NCBI GenBank assembly: GCA_963796275.1
Contig: CAWCKY010000006.1
Location: 768,001-832,000, forward strand
Reading direction: 5' to 3'
DNA length: 64,000 nt
Source of the DNA: an uncultured Acidobacteriota bacterium
Lineage (GTDB): Bacteria; Acidobacteriota; Blastocatellia; RBC074
Shown here: positions 43,655-53,961 of the stretch, piece after piece
Position numbering within the stretch: the stretch's first letter is position 1
Layout: each line of letters begins with the position of its first letter
Notes under the pieces: model-generated
Databases searched by the model: none
Told to the model about the DNA's origin: nothing
Seen by the model: only the letters and a program-made list of their open reading frames with translations
Program-made: the position numbers and the translations under genes

Positions 43655-44137
43655 TCACTTGTTCTTCATCTGTTTCATAAATTCATCATGGCGCTTCTTC
43701 ATCTCATCCGGCGCCACGTCCTCGATGTGAGTCGCGAAATGCCACCTGTGTCCGAATGGATCCTCCAATTGAGCGGAGCGGTCTCCGTAGAATTGATCTT
43801 CCACAGGCCTCATCACCGTCGCACCGGCAGTGACGGCCTTGTTGACAAAACCGTCGACGTCTTCGACGTAAATCATCATACTCACCGGCGTGCCGCCGAT
43901 CGACTGGGGGCTGAGATACCCATAATCCGGAAATTCATCGGCCAACATAATGATCGCTTCACCGATCTTGATCTCAGCGTGCCCTATCTTTCCGCCCGGC
44001 TCGCCCATGCGCATCAGCTCTTTGGCTCCAAATGCCTTTTGGTAAAAATCCAGAGCCTTCGCCGCGTCCTTCACGCACAAATATGGGGTAGCCCCTCGAT
44101 AACCATCCGGAATCGCCTTCGCTTTCGTTGCTGCCAT
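43655..44137 (-). CDS. VOC/glyoxalase family protein (PhnB-like)
   Basis: TPYLCVKDA..ALDFY..AFGA, HAEIKIG, DQFYGDR..DPFGHRW; AGGAGG RBS. Confidence 0.92.
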   Translation of the reverse strand: MAATKAKAIPDGYRGATPYLCVKDAAKALDFYQKAFGAKELMRMGEPGGKIGHAEIKIGEAIIMLADEFPDYGYLSPQSIGGTPVSMMIYVEDVDGFVNKAVTAGATVMRPVEDQFYGDRSAQLEDPFGHRWHFATHIEDVAPDEMKKRHDEFMKQMKNK

Positions 44138-44326
44138 ATATAAATCCTCCTATTTTTTTGAATTTTTTGGTATATGCCGAAACCGGTCATCGTCAGTATT
44201 GACCTGCTCGACCACTTTCGGGAGGCGTTGTTGGGGAACATAATCTAGCTGGTTCATTGTTATTTAATCTAGCACGAGAAACAACGTGTTGCAATTGAAA
44301 CCGCGCTGAATGGTCAATGGAGGGGG

Positions 44327-44797
44327 TCACCAAGAGCCGAGCAGTCTCTGAACTGCGACGAGTTGGCCGATATGGTAGGCGTTATGATCGGCGACCAGCA
44401 GCAATTCGCGCAGATATGTTTGTCCGTCGCCGTGCGGGATTGCGGCGAAGAGGTCAATTTCGGGGTCTGCTGCAATTTTTTTCAGAGCCTCACGGTCCGC
44501 GAGAAAAGCGCTGATGCTCTCATCCCAGGCGGTGGAGTTGGGCGGACCGATGGTTTTCGGCCAGTAGTCTTCCATAGGCGGTTCTTGGTATGCGGGGTTA
44601 CGGCAGAACTCGAGAATGTCGAGTTGGCAGCGGCGCATATGTTCGAGGAGCTGCCACGGAGAATGGGGCAATCCGACAGGCTGGACGCCGCGCAGTTCGG
44701 GAGTTATCCCGTCTACCGCAGCATCGAACCCCACGTGAGCGCTCTGCCAGTCGAGCATGTTCATTAAATGCTCGCGAAGGACGTCATTCTGTTTCAT
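44327..44797 (-). CDS. DinB family protein
   Basis: AH, SPWQLLEHM, ADHNAYHIGQ. Confidence 0.9.
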   Translation of the reverse strand: MKQNDVLREHLMNMLDWQSAHVGFDAAVDGITPELRGVQPVGLPHSPWQLLEHMRRCQLDILEFCRNPAYQEPPMEDYWPKTIGPPNSTAWDESISAFLADREALKKIAADPEIDLFAAIPHGDGQTYLRELLLVADHNAYHIGQLVAVQRLLGSW

Positions 44798-44834
44798 GTG
44801 ACTCTCCCTTGGTCTCTACTGTTAATGATTTATC

Positions 44835-45389
44835 TCACGCTTCGACCTGCCAGAAGTGGGGATAATGGGTTACGAATCCCGTCTCATTCACCTCAAGATC
44901 GGCGAAGAAACTGCCGCCTGCGCTTTCATATCGATAGACTGCGACCTCGGAGCGGCGGTAGCGTTGATTGAGCGGTTCGAGAGTGAAGCCGGGGAAGCGC
45001 AGCCAGGCAGCCTCGGCCTTCGCCTCGTCACCGATGTTGAGATTGAGGCGGCGGATCGGAAGCAGGTTGGTAGATGGGCTGAAGTTCAGATCGAGATCGA
45101 TGCATCCGCTAACTGCGGGGCAGTCGACTCCATTGAGCAGCCACCGGTGAGAGGAATCGACCGAGATTTCGAGCTCGATCGTATCGCCACCGACCCAGCC
45201 TGAAATTCTGCCGAAAAACGTTTGCCAACTAGAATTGCACACCACTAGATAATCGAGTCGGCACGGTTGATGATCGTGTGAAAATACGGATGACCCGACC
45301 AGATGCCAGTGTGGGCCCTGCAGGAACAACCGGGCTGATTCGTGGCCCGGTTTATCGAGTCTACGCCAAAGTATCGAATGATCTGTCAC
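44835..45389 (-). CDS. Putative glycolipid-binding domain protein
   Basis: WRRLDKPGHE, GCIDLDLNFSPSTNLLPIRRL, L.QRY.R, G.V..YP; GTG start with GAGGAGG RBS. Confidence 0.85.
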   Translation of the reverse strand: MTDHSILWRRLDKPGHESARLFLQGPHWHLVGSSVFSHDHQPCRLDYLVVCNSSWQTFFGRISGWVGGDTIELEISVDSSHRWLLNGVDCPAVSGCIDLDLNFSPSTNLLPIRRLNLNIGDEAKAEAAWLRFPGFTLEPLNQRYRRSEVAVYRYESAGGSFFADLEVNETGFVTHYPHFWQVEA

Positions 45390-45714
45390 AGTTCCTCCTC
45401 AATAAATTAGCCTCCAGTTTCCCGTATCGCCGCCGATAACAGAAAACTGGGTGCTATTTCTATCGTTTTATAAAATCGATTGAATTTATCAGGAGGAGAC
45501 CGACTACAGTCTGACCCAACTTAACTTGTTCAACAAGCCGCGACTTGGGAATACACCGAAAACGCGAAAGGCAAAAGAACTAAATTCGCGAAGTAGGAAG
45601 ACGGTCGCGCCTCTCCTGTTAGTCTTCCGCCTTCCGCGTTTTTGCGCATTTACTAGACTTGAAGTCGTTATTGTCGGCAAAGAAATATGATTGGAGGGGT
45701 TGGAGGTTTTGGTT

Positions 45715-45903
45715 CTATCCTTCTTCGCCTTCTTCTTCCGCTACTGCTTCCACTTCGACGCTCACATCTTCGTTGGGATCGGTGGCGTCATCGGCTGACT
45801 CCGACATAGCGGATACAACTTGGACCTCTTCATTGAGAACCTGTACAGCAGCAATAGCATCGGTATCCTGTACTTCGGTCACTTGGATTTCATCATTCGT
45901 CAT
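45715..45903 (-). CDS. Small very acidic hypothetical protein (62 aa)
   Basis: AAAGGAGA RBS 7 nt before ATG; 20 of 62 residues D/E, no K/R/H. Confidence 0.7.
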   Translation of the reverse strand: MTNDEIQVTEVQDTDAIAAVQVLNEEVQVVSAMSESADDATDPNEDVSVEVEAVAEEEGEEG

Positions 45904-46189
45904 ATTTTTATCTCCTTTTATTCATTTTGTTGATTGTTGACGTTTATCAGCCGACATTTAGTATCTGCCGGTTGATAGGGAGGGTAAGCAACGACAATGT
46001 AAACATTCGAGTGATATAGGTCAATTCAATTTTTCGTTAATATCAAAAAAAGATAAAAAAAGATCGAAAGAATTTTCATGTGTGATGAGGTGAGGCATTG
46101 ACTCGACCGAAGAGATTGATCACACTTCTTCTCGAACATTGCGTCCCTACTTCATTTTTCTATATTCCAACGCTTTTAATCGGTTGATT

Positions 46190-47014
46190 ATGATTCCTAC
46201 CTCACAGTCTCAGGTGAAGCTTTGGCTACGCCGGCTATTTTACCGCGTCCGTTACGAAATCTATGGGGTCAATCATATTCCCCGGCGTGGGCCGGCAATC
46301 ATCATCATGAATCATACCGGATGGGAGGAGATTCTATTCACGGTCCTGGCAATACCGCGGCCTCTGAAAATCGTGGGGATGCGCGAATTAATCTATCTCG
46401 ACGAGGCTGCCGGCATCGCGCGCATATTCGATACCGGCTACGCGAAGGAATTTGGACCTCTGCGCCGATTTCTCACGATCTTATTGGGCAAATTATTGGG
46501 CCGCGCCATCAGGCGCCGGTTCCTGGGTTTAGGTTATATACCCACGAAAATATTCACTGATGCATGGCCGCCAACTCTCGGATGTAATGGAATACGTGAG
46601 GTATTGCGGGCGCTGGAGGCAGGGAACCTGGTATTATTTTTCCCCGAAGGAGGGTATAAGCGTGATGGAGTAATGCGGCCGTTCAAGCTGGGACTCGCTC
46701 TCATCCTTCGACTCCTCGAACGCCGCGGTATTCAGGTACCGATCATACCCGCTGCCCAGCATACCGCCGATAGCATCTCGTTCAAGTTGAAAAATCGGTA
46801 TATACCGCGCCTCTTCTTCGGGAGCCCGATGGTATTTGGCGTTGACGGTGGGTTATCGCGCGAATACGACGAAGATATTGTCGAAGCGCTTCAGGAGGAA
46901 GTGAACATCCTGCTCGCGCTGGCCTGGCCTGATCATCCACCTCAGACTTACAGCGAATTTACGGGACGATCAATACCGCGAGCGGTTGCGGGCGAGTCTT
47001 CTCGAATCAGATGA
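46190..47014 (+). CDS. Lysophospholipid acyltransferase family protein (PlsC-like)
   Basis: G..HIPRRGPAIIIMNHTGWEE, FFPEG, FK.G motifs; start uncertain. Confidence 0.8.
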   Translation: MIPTSQSQVKLWLRRLFYRVRYEIYGVNHIPRRGPAIIIMNHTGWEEILFTVLAIPRPLKIVGMRELIYLDEAAGIARIFDTGYAKEFGPLRRFLTILLGKLLGRAIRRRFLGLGYIPTKIFTDAWPPTLGCNGIREVLRALEAGNLVLFFPEGGYKRDGVMRPFKLGLALILRLLERRGIQVPIIPAAQHTADSISFKLKNRYIPRLFFGSPMVFGVDGGLSREYDEDIVEALQEEVNILLALAWPDHPPQTYSEFTGRSIPRAVAGESSRIR

Positions 47015-47047
47015 ATTCGTCAGCTGCAACTTGCGCCGAAAACCATA

Positions 47048-47791
47048 TCAAGGCAGCTCACGGATCCTGATATTTTTGAACTCTACTGGAGATCCTTCCG
47101 ATTCCAAGCACATATATCCCTTCCGCGGGTCGCCGCCGTTTCCTCCCGACACCTCTTCGCCGTTGACCCATAGCCGCAGCTCGCCATTGATTGCCCGGAC
47201 ATAATAATGGTTCCATTCACCGACGCCTTTGCTGAGCTGTTTTCGGGGGAAACTGCGCGAGCCGTTCGGAGATGTCGGTGAAAAGGGGATCAATTTCGAA
47301 TTACCCACCGCGAAAATATCGCCGTTCGTCGTGAACCAGTCGCCTTTCTTTCCGTTTCGCTTCTCATACTGCTCGGCAAAGCCGTGGTCGAGGGCCTGCA
47401 CTTCAATACCATACTGCGGTAGCGCATCGGGTTTCAGGTCCTTGAGCGCCTCTTCCGGCACCCAGACGAAGACGCCCGAATTGCCGGCAGATCGCAGATG
47501 CCTCCATTGGAGAACGAGCTCGAAGTTGGTATATATGGCCCGGCTGCGCATCACCCCGATCGGCTTCCCGGTACAACTCACCAGATCATCCTTCCAGGTC
47601 CAGGTTTCCGGAAAGCAGTTTACGTTGGTGAAGTCCTTTTCACCGAGAGCCCTCCAACCCGGACCTGTCCCGTCCACGAACGCTTTCGGCGGATTTTGCG
47701 TATCCTGGGGAAGGGCGGATCGGTAAGCAAGTACAGCGATGAGTGAAATTCCAATGAGACTCATTACCCGTGCAAAAGAGAATCGGTTCAT
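47048..47791 (-). CDS. DUF1080 (3-keto-disaccharide hydrolase family) secreted protein
   Basis: Signal peptide; YTNFEL..QW, GNSGVF, IEVQ.LD, GEWNHY, G..CLESEG..VEFKNIRIREL. Confidence 0.88.
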   Translation of the reverse strand: MNRFSFARVMSLIGISLIAVLAYRSALPQDTQNPPKAFVDGTGPGWRALGEKDFTNVNCFPETWTWKDDLVSCTGKPIGVMRSRAIYTNFELVLQWRHLRSAGNSGVFVWVPEEALKDLKPDALPQYGIEVQALDHGFAEQYEKRNGKKGDWFTTNGDIFAVGNSKLIPFSPTSPNGSRSFPRKQLSKGVGEWNHYYVRAINGELRLWVNGEEVSGGNGGDPRKGYMCLESEGSPVEFKNIRIRELP

Positions 47792-47805
47792 TTTGATCAC
47801 CTCAG

Positions 47806-47956
47806 AAAATAGTTTTCAGTTTTCAGTTTTTAGTTTTCAGTCGGAGGGCCAGATTATCCATTGAACCTGAAAACTGAAAACTTGGGAACTTGGGAACTTG
47901 GGAACCTGGGAACCTGGGAACCTGGAACCTGGAACCTGAAAACTGAAAACTGTTTT
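47806..47956. repeat. Heptamer-armed palindrome with inserted 7/8-mer tandem run
   Basis: (agttttc)n ... aacctgaaaactgaaaac(ttgggaac)3(ctgggaac)2(ctggaac)2ctgaaaactgaaaactg. Confidence 0.85.
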
Positions 47957-49401
47957 ACCCCGCCAGTTCCTCCCACTCGGTATGAACGAATCCGAGTTCA
48001 GGTTTATCGATCCTTTCATAGGTGTGCGAGCCGAAGAAATCGCGCTGCGCCTGCGTCAGGTTCAGCGGCATATTGGCGGCGCGATAGGTATCGAAATACG
48101 CCAGGCTCGCGGACATCGCGGCGGACCGGAATACCGAGCGACTGCGCGGTGGTGACGGCCTGCCGCCAGCGCGGCTGCGCTTCGAGAACCCAGGTCTTTG
48201 AAGTCCGGATCAAGCAGCAGGTTCGGCAGATCCGAACGCCGCTGGTATGCCTGTTTGATCTTGTCCAGGAATTGCGCGCGGATAATGCAGCCGCCTTTCC
48301 AGATGCGGCTCACCTCGCCCAGATTGATGTTCCAGTTGTACTCTTCCGAGCCTGCGCGGATCAGATTCATCCCCTGCGCGTACGAACAAATTTTGCTGGC
48401 GTAGAGCGCATCGTGAACGGCGTCGATCATTTCCTCCCGCTTGTCCGCCGTAACTTGCCGCCTGTGGCCCGCTCAGCTGCTTGCTCGCCTCGACGCGCTC
48501 GGCCTTGAGCGATGAGAGAACTCGCGCATCAATCGCCGCTTGCATCGTCGGGATCACGACGCCGAGGTCCAGCGCGACCTGCGAGGTCCACTTGCCCGTG
48601 CCCTTCTGCCCGGCTTTGTCGAGCACAGGTCAACCAGCGGGCGGCCGGTCTCGGCGTCTTTCACGGTGAAGATCTTGGCGGTGATTTCGATCAGAAATGA
48701 GTTGAGAGCGCCTTCATTCCAGCTGGCGAAGATGTCGGCCAGCTCCGATGCGCTGCAGACCGAGCGCCTGTCGCAGGATGTCGTAAGCTTCGGCGATCAA
48801 TTGCATATCGCCGTACTCGATGCCGTTGTGGACCATCTTGACGAAGTGGCCCGCGCCGTCGGGTCCGATGTAGGTGACACAAGGGCCGTCGTCGACCTTT
48901 GCGGCGATCGCTTCCCAGATCGGGCGAATCTGTTCGTAAGCCGCCGGATCGCCGCCCGGCATCAGCGAGGGCCCCCAGAGCGCGCCGGCTTCGCCGCCCG
49001 AAACGCCGGAGCCGATGAAGCTGAGGCCGCGACTCCTTGAGCTCTTTCTCGCGCCGCTGAGTATCCTGGAAAAATGAATTGCCGCCATCGATGATGATGT
49101 CGCCGGGGTTGAGCAACGGCTTGAGTTGGGCGATTACATCATCAACCGGCTTTCCCGCTTTGACGAGCAGGATGATTTTGCGCGGCGTTTCGAGCGAGTT
49201 GACGAACTCTTCAATCGAATACGCGCCGATGACCTGATGGCCTTCGGCGCGCTTAAGAAACTTGTCTACTTTCTTGGTGTCGCGGTTGAAGACGGCGATC
49301 GGGAAACCGTTGCGCGCAATATTGAGCGCGAGATTTTCGCCCATCACTGCCAGTCCTACCATACCGATCTTTGCCGTCTTCGCTCCGGTCTTAGCTTGCA
49401 T
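47955..49401 (-). pseudogene. gndA: NADP-dependent 6-phosphogluconate dehydrogenase with about six frameshifts
   Basis: [82 protein letters not shown] spread over changing frames. Confidence 0.92.
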
Positions 49402-49421
49402 ACTTAATAACTCCCTCCTAA

Positions 49422-49650
49422 TTGAAGCCCCAACGGGGCACAAGATAATAGCCAGGGTGAAGCGAAGCCTAACCCCCTGGACGAGATCATCAACCTCAAA
49501 ACGAGCCCTGGAAGGTCGTAATAATAGGTCGTAATAATAACGACTCTCACGTCTTTCAAGGCATGACTATTCATTTGACACTAACCAGGGGCTGCGCTTC
49601 GCTCCACCGCTCCACCCCTGGCTATTCACTGACGCCCTTCAGGGCTTCAA
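49422..49650. repeat. Degenerate REPIN-like inverted repeat related to 22864-23086
   Basis: TTGAAGCCC..ATAGCCAGGG..CCCCTGG / CCAGGGG..CCCTGGCTAT..GGGCTTCAA. Confidence 0.7.
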
Positions 49651-49671
49651 GGAACTTTTTACGACACTCGC

Positions 49672-51390
49672 TTACTCGATGATCTTGCCGCTGCTGCCTT
49701 TGCCGACGCGCGGCCCGCGGTTGTCGCGCCCCAGCGGATGATCGAGATTGGCTACTCTGCGTCCGGTTTCGAAAACGAGCTGCCCGATACGAGCCATCTT
49801 CTCATAGTTGATCTTCTCGACGCTGTCGGTGTTGTGGTGATAATCACCGTGCAAACCGGTGGTGAAGAATACGATCGGGATCCCCTTGGCCGCATAGCTG
49901 TAATGATCGCTGCGGTAGTAGACCTGCTCCGGATCGGTCGGATCGTTCAACTCGAAATCGAGTTTGAGCGGACTCCCCAGGCTCGCGTTGGCCTCCATCG
50001 TGACGTTGTGTAATTCTGTGCTGATGCGATCGGAGCCGACCAGATAGACCGAATTCGCCTCTTCCGCTTTGTCATCGCGATTGCGTCCGACCATATCCAT
50101 ATTGAGATTGGCTATGATCCGGTCAAGGGGCTGGGAAGAATAATCGGCGTGATAGCGCGAGCCCCAGAGCCCGCGTTCTTCACCCGCGAACCAGAGGAAC
50201 ATCAACGATCGTTTCGGCTTTGGCCCTCTGGCGAAGGCTTTGGCGACCCCGAGCAGTGCGACAGTACCCGAACCGTCGTCATCCGCCCCGTTCCAGATGC
50301 GGTCATCCATCGCCCCGGATTTGACGCGCCCGACCGCGCCTTGACGCTGCGGCCCATTTTCGTTCTGCGCGATTTCACCCTCGGCATAGCCCACGTGATC
50401 GTAATGCGCGCCGAAAGTCACATAAGTTTCCTTCAGCCTCGGGTCGGCGCCTTCGATTACGCCGACGACATTGCGCGTGAACTGCGTGCGGACCACCTGA
50501 TAATCGGCATTTAGATTGAAAGTGAGCTTCACGCCTTTGAGGGTGAAGGAGGGAAGGGGTTCCCGTTTTGCGGCCTTATCTTTCAGCTCCGCGTATTTGA
50601 CCGCGGCGCCGCTAAAAAGCAATTCGAACAACTCATCGTTAGCCGATACCATCGGCGGCAGCGGATTGTCGAGCCGTTGCACGGTCGTGAAGTCTCCGGG
50701 ATCGACGCCGCGTCCGCCCTGACCGCGGCTTCCTCCACCCCCTCCACCCCCTCCACCCTGACGATCGCCGGCCGGGACGATGGGACCGATGCTGGCTAGA
50801 GCATGTTGCTGGTCGGTGGCAAAGCGGCCTCGCCCGCGAAGCGAGCGCTGCATTTGCGGACCCAGCCCTTTCGGCCCGGCGCCGCCGAGGTAGACGACTG
50901 CTTTGCCCTTCACATCTATACCGGCGTAATCATTGTGATTGGCGAGCGGCGCATTGAGACCGTAGCCGAGAAATTCGACTTGCTCGATTGTGAAACTTCG
51001 CTTGCCTCCCACATTTTTCGGAAAAACGATGCCCTCGGTATCTTTAAATGTCCGCGTCTGGCCATTGACTTCGATGGTGAGGGTAGAGTGATTTGTACTC
51101 TTGACGCCCAGGACTCGCACGCGCTGAAAGTATGATCCGTTATCGCCCCCTGGTTTGACGCCCCACGAACGCAGTTGCTCGGCCAGATAGGCGGCAGCCA
51201 GCCCCAAACCTTCAGTGAACGTGGCGCGCCCTTCGAGTTCATCAGATGCCAGATATGCCAGCCACGTCCGCAGGTCTTCTTCCTGAATGATGAGTTTTCC
51301 GTTTTTGCGGTTCTGCCCCGGAACTATGCTGAGCGCCAGACTTAGTGCGAGCAACACCGCCGGCAGTCTTGTCAGACGACGAGAGAGCAT
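49672..51390 (-). CDS. M28 family metallopeptidase with PA domain, secreted
   Basis: LASDELEGR, AHYDH, NGADDDGSG, GEERGLWGS, NMDM, RSDH, DYH. Confidence 0.93.
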   Translation of the reverse strand: MLSRRLTRLPAVLLALSLALSIVPGQNRKNGKLIIQEEDLRTWLAYLASDELEGRATFTEGLGLAAAYLAEQLRSWGVKPGGDNGSYFQRVRVLGVKSTNHSTLTIEVNGQTRTFKDTEGIVFPKNVGGKRSFTIEQVEFLGYGLNAPLANHNDYAGIDVKGKAVVYLGGAGPKGLGPQMQRSLRGRGRFATDQQHALASIGPIVPAGDRQGGGGGGGGGSRGQGGRGVDPGDFTTVQRLDNPLPPMVSANDELFELLFSGAAVKYAELKDKAAKREPLPSFTLKGVKLTFNLNADYQVVRTQFTRNVVGVIEGADPRLKETYVTFGAHYDHVGYAEGEIAQNENGPQRQGAVGRVKSGAMDDRIWNGADDDGSGTVALLGVAKAFARGPKPKRSLMFLWFAGEERGLWGSRYHADYSSQPLDRIIANLNMDMVGRNRDDKAEEANSVYLVGSDRISTELHNVTMEANASLGSPLKLDFELNDPTDPEQVYYRSDHYSYAAKGIPIVFFTTGLHGDYHHNTDSVEKINYEKMARIGQLVFETGRRVANLDHPLGRDNRGPRVGKGSSGKIIE

Positions 51391-51432
51391 AATGATAACC
51401 TCCTGATGAGTGATTGCATCGTAACGATTTTT

Positions 51433-51556
51433 CGTCCGCTATTGGGAATCACCAATCCCGTAATCGGACGAATATTTCAGATGGGCTGGAATATTGACAT
51501 ACCAAGTCCATTATTTCCACTATTTAATTTCCTGATTTCCAGGCACGCGATTTGGT
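51433..51556 (+). promoter_or_regulatory. 38-bp dyad plus sigma54-like -24/-12, copy D
   Basis: CGTCCGCTATTGGGA-N8-TCCCGTAATCGGACG (51433-51470); AGGCACGCGATTTGGT (51541-51556); 72 bp apart. Confidence 0.68.
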
Positions 51557-51609
51557 TAAACTTTTTTGTGAGTACAAGCGTTGGCCATACTTACAGAGGA
51601 TGAGGCGTA

Positions 51610-51640
51610 ATGCAAACTGCAAACATTGATGCAAGACCTA
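51610..51640 (+). pseudogene. Remnant of an ADOP permease 5' end
   Basis: ATGCAAAC-TGCAAAC-ATTGATGCAAGACCTA; removing the 7-bp duplication gives MQTLMQDL, with a GAGG RBS. Confidence 0.5.
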
Positions 51641-51793
51641 TGCTCGATCCTGCGCTGGCGGCGACCTGTGCTCGGGCAGGCTGCCGGTCGATCGAGGATC
51701 CGGTCGCTTACGCACCCGTACTGCATCGACTAAGTTGCGCCTCAAACAAGCGGTAAATTAGCGACAAATGAAGACAACCCCGGAGGAACGGCT

Positions 51794-52816
51794 ATGAAAC
51801 TAATCGCGCTATTCATTCTTATCTGCGTGGGAACCGCAGCGCTGAGCATTGCATTTTCTGGTCGGGATCGCGGCGAAACAGCACAAACTTCCGTACAGGG
51901 AGATATTAAAAAGACTTTTCCGGCGCAACCTGGGGGCAGACTGGTCATGGATGTATCGCCGGGACCGATCGAAGTGAAGACCACCGGCGACTCTCAGATT
52001 GTGGTGGAAATTTTTCGTAAGGCCGAAAGAGTAGACGGATCACGGGCGGATGAGCTGCTGCGCAATCACGAGGTCACCTTTGAGCATCTGGATAACAACC
52101 TCACCATTCGCGCGAAACTCAGGAACGAAGGATTGAAATTCTGGCGCCGTTCCGGCCTCAAAGTACGTTATGTGGTCACGATACCGTCAGAATTCAATGT
52201 CGATCTCAAAACTTCCGGTGGTGGTATCAACGTTGGTGATTTACGCGGCGAGGTACGTGTGAATACGTCGGGCGGAGGACTGCAGATCGGCAAGATAGAA
52301 GGGCCGGTCACGGGAAATACATCGGGAGGGGGCATAAGCCTGGCCGGTTGTAATGGTAAGGCTGAAATCAGGACCTCCGGCGGGGGAATAAACATCGGAT
52401 CCGGCGCCGGTTCAATTACGGCCGATACATCGGGCGGCTCAATCGAAATCGGCAGTTACATCGGCGATATTTATTTCAGAACCAGCGGCGGAGGTATTTC
52501 AGCGGAGAGCGTCGAGGGCTCGATCGATGCTTCGACTTCGGGTGGTCCCGTCAACGTGGCCATTAAAGGCCAGCCGAAGAAAGATTGCCGCCTCTCCTCT
52601 TCCGGCGGAGGAATTACGGTGGAGCTGGAGGAGAGCACGGCACTTAATATCGACGCGGAAGCGAGCGGAGGCGGAGTTACCTGTGATTTGCCGGTTACCG
52701 TTCAAGGGAAGATAGATAAGGGTAGACTGAAAGGCACGCTCAATGGCGGAGGGCAGGCGCTGGTCGTGCAAACGAGCGGCGGCAGCATCCATCTGCGTAA
52801 GCTAAGGGAACAGTAG
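51794..52816 (+). CDS. DUF4097 beta-strand repeat protein
   Basis: GGAGG RBS, signal peptide, about ten TSGG.I repeats. Confidence 0.9.
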   Translation: MKLIALFILICVGTAALSIAFSGRDRGETAQTSVQGDIKKTFPAQPGGRLVMDVSPGPIEVKTTGDSQIVVEIFRKAERVDGSRADELLRNHEVTFEHLDNNLTIRAKLRNEGLKFWRRSGLKVRYVVTIPSEFNVDLKTSGGGINVGDLRGEVRVNTSGGGLQIGKIEGPVTGNTSGGGISLAGCNGKAEIRTSGGGINIGSGAGSITADTSGGSIEIGSYIGDIYFRTSGGGISAESVEGSIDASTSGGPVNVAIKGQPKKDCRLSSSGGGITVELEESTALNIDAEASGGGVTCDLPVTVQGKIDKGRLKGTLNGGGQALVVQTSGGSIHLRKLREQ

Positions 52817-52938
52817 AGATGATGACCAGGATTTACAAGGTTTTTCAAGAATCGGAGCCTGTTACCTGCCGGCTCGTCGGGCAGCACAAGTTGATCCGAT
52901 GGTGGCGCTGAAATGTGAGTAGCGGACAAAGCTGCGGC

Positions 52939-53691
52939 TCACCGGATCTCCTTGAAACAGTAGTTCGATGACCCGTTATCCTTCGGATATCCGAACGCGT
53001 TATGCACATACCGGACGCCATCGATTATCCGATCAAAATTAATATGACTGTGACCGAAGACGTGGATCTCGGATTTCAGCATCCTGACCTGGTCGTCGAT
53101 TGCGACCGATCCTGCCACCAGTGGAAGCCCCTTGAACTTAAGGTACGACACCGGAGGAAGCAGGTCGCGATGCGGTAGAAAATGAGAGAGAGTTATCACC
53201 GGAGCGTCGTAGGCCCTGATGTTCGGTTCATTGAGCTGTAAGAAGTAGTCTGAAACCGATTCTATCTCCGGCGGCCATTTACAAAAATAAAAATCGGACC
53301 ATCCTTCGAGCTCCGAAGCATCGGCGCTGTTGTCTGCGTCATACCCGGGCTCATACCAGGAGAACAACGGCACAATCCAGGTTTGACCGGCTCTCGCAGG
53401 ACGCGTGTATATTCCCAAGTCATCGCACAAGGACAGGACCTGCCGAAATTTTTCCAGAGAATCGCCGCTACTATTACGAACCCACAATTCGTGGTTTCCG
53501 GGGACGTAAAATACTTTGTTGAAATTTGCTCGCAACAGGCGAAGCGTTTTCTCGATTACCTTGAGATCATCGGCGATGTCACCGCCAACGATGATCGTAT
53601 CGTGTAAATTGTCGTGAGACGACATCTGCTGCAGTGCGCGCCAGTTATTGGTGAAATCAGTGTGTAAATCCGAGACGGCGAAAATGCGCAT
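52939..53691 (-). CDS. Calcineurin-like metallophosphoesterase
   Basis: SDLH, GD, PGNHE, SHF, FGHSH; GAGG RBS before ATG 53691. Confidence 0.9.
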   Translation of the reverse strand: MRIFAVSDLHTDFTNNWRALQQMSSHDNLHDTIIVGGDIADDLKVIEKTLRLLRANFNKVFYVPGNHELWVRNSSGDSLEKFRQVLSLCDDLGIYTRPARAGQTWIVPLFSWYEPGYDADNSADASELEGWSDFYFCKWPPEIESVSDYFLQLNEPNIRAYDAPVITLSHFLPHRDLLPPVSYLKFKGLPLVAGSVAIDDQVRMLKSEIHVFGHSHINFDRIIDGVRYVHNAFGYPKDNGSSNYCFKEIR

Positions 53692-53961
53692 GTTGACCTC
53701 AGAAATTGGTCCGATATCTTTACCTTCCCCTATATTCTTTATCTTAAGATAAACTTCGAAGATTCTGATTGAAGGTAGATCGAACAATTACAACGGGTGC
53801 CTCGTATATGGGGGAAATTAGATAGATTTGTCAAAATGAAGGCGTTGGCGCCGGGAATATTTGATCGCCTGCCCTTCAGTCATAGAAGTCGTACAGCGAT
53901 GCCATGAAACTATGACACCTACCAGTAGCGCAAGCGCTTCTGATGTTGCCGAGGAGACTAT

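Noticed and set aside
44269-44294. CIRCE element
   Set aside because: Only TAGCAC matches; right arm and spacing do not fit TTAGCACTC-N9-GAGTGCTAA.
47955-49401. Programmed frameshifting in gndA
   Set aside because: Too many shifts in both directions and no slippery sites.
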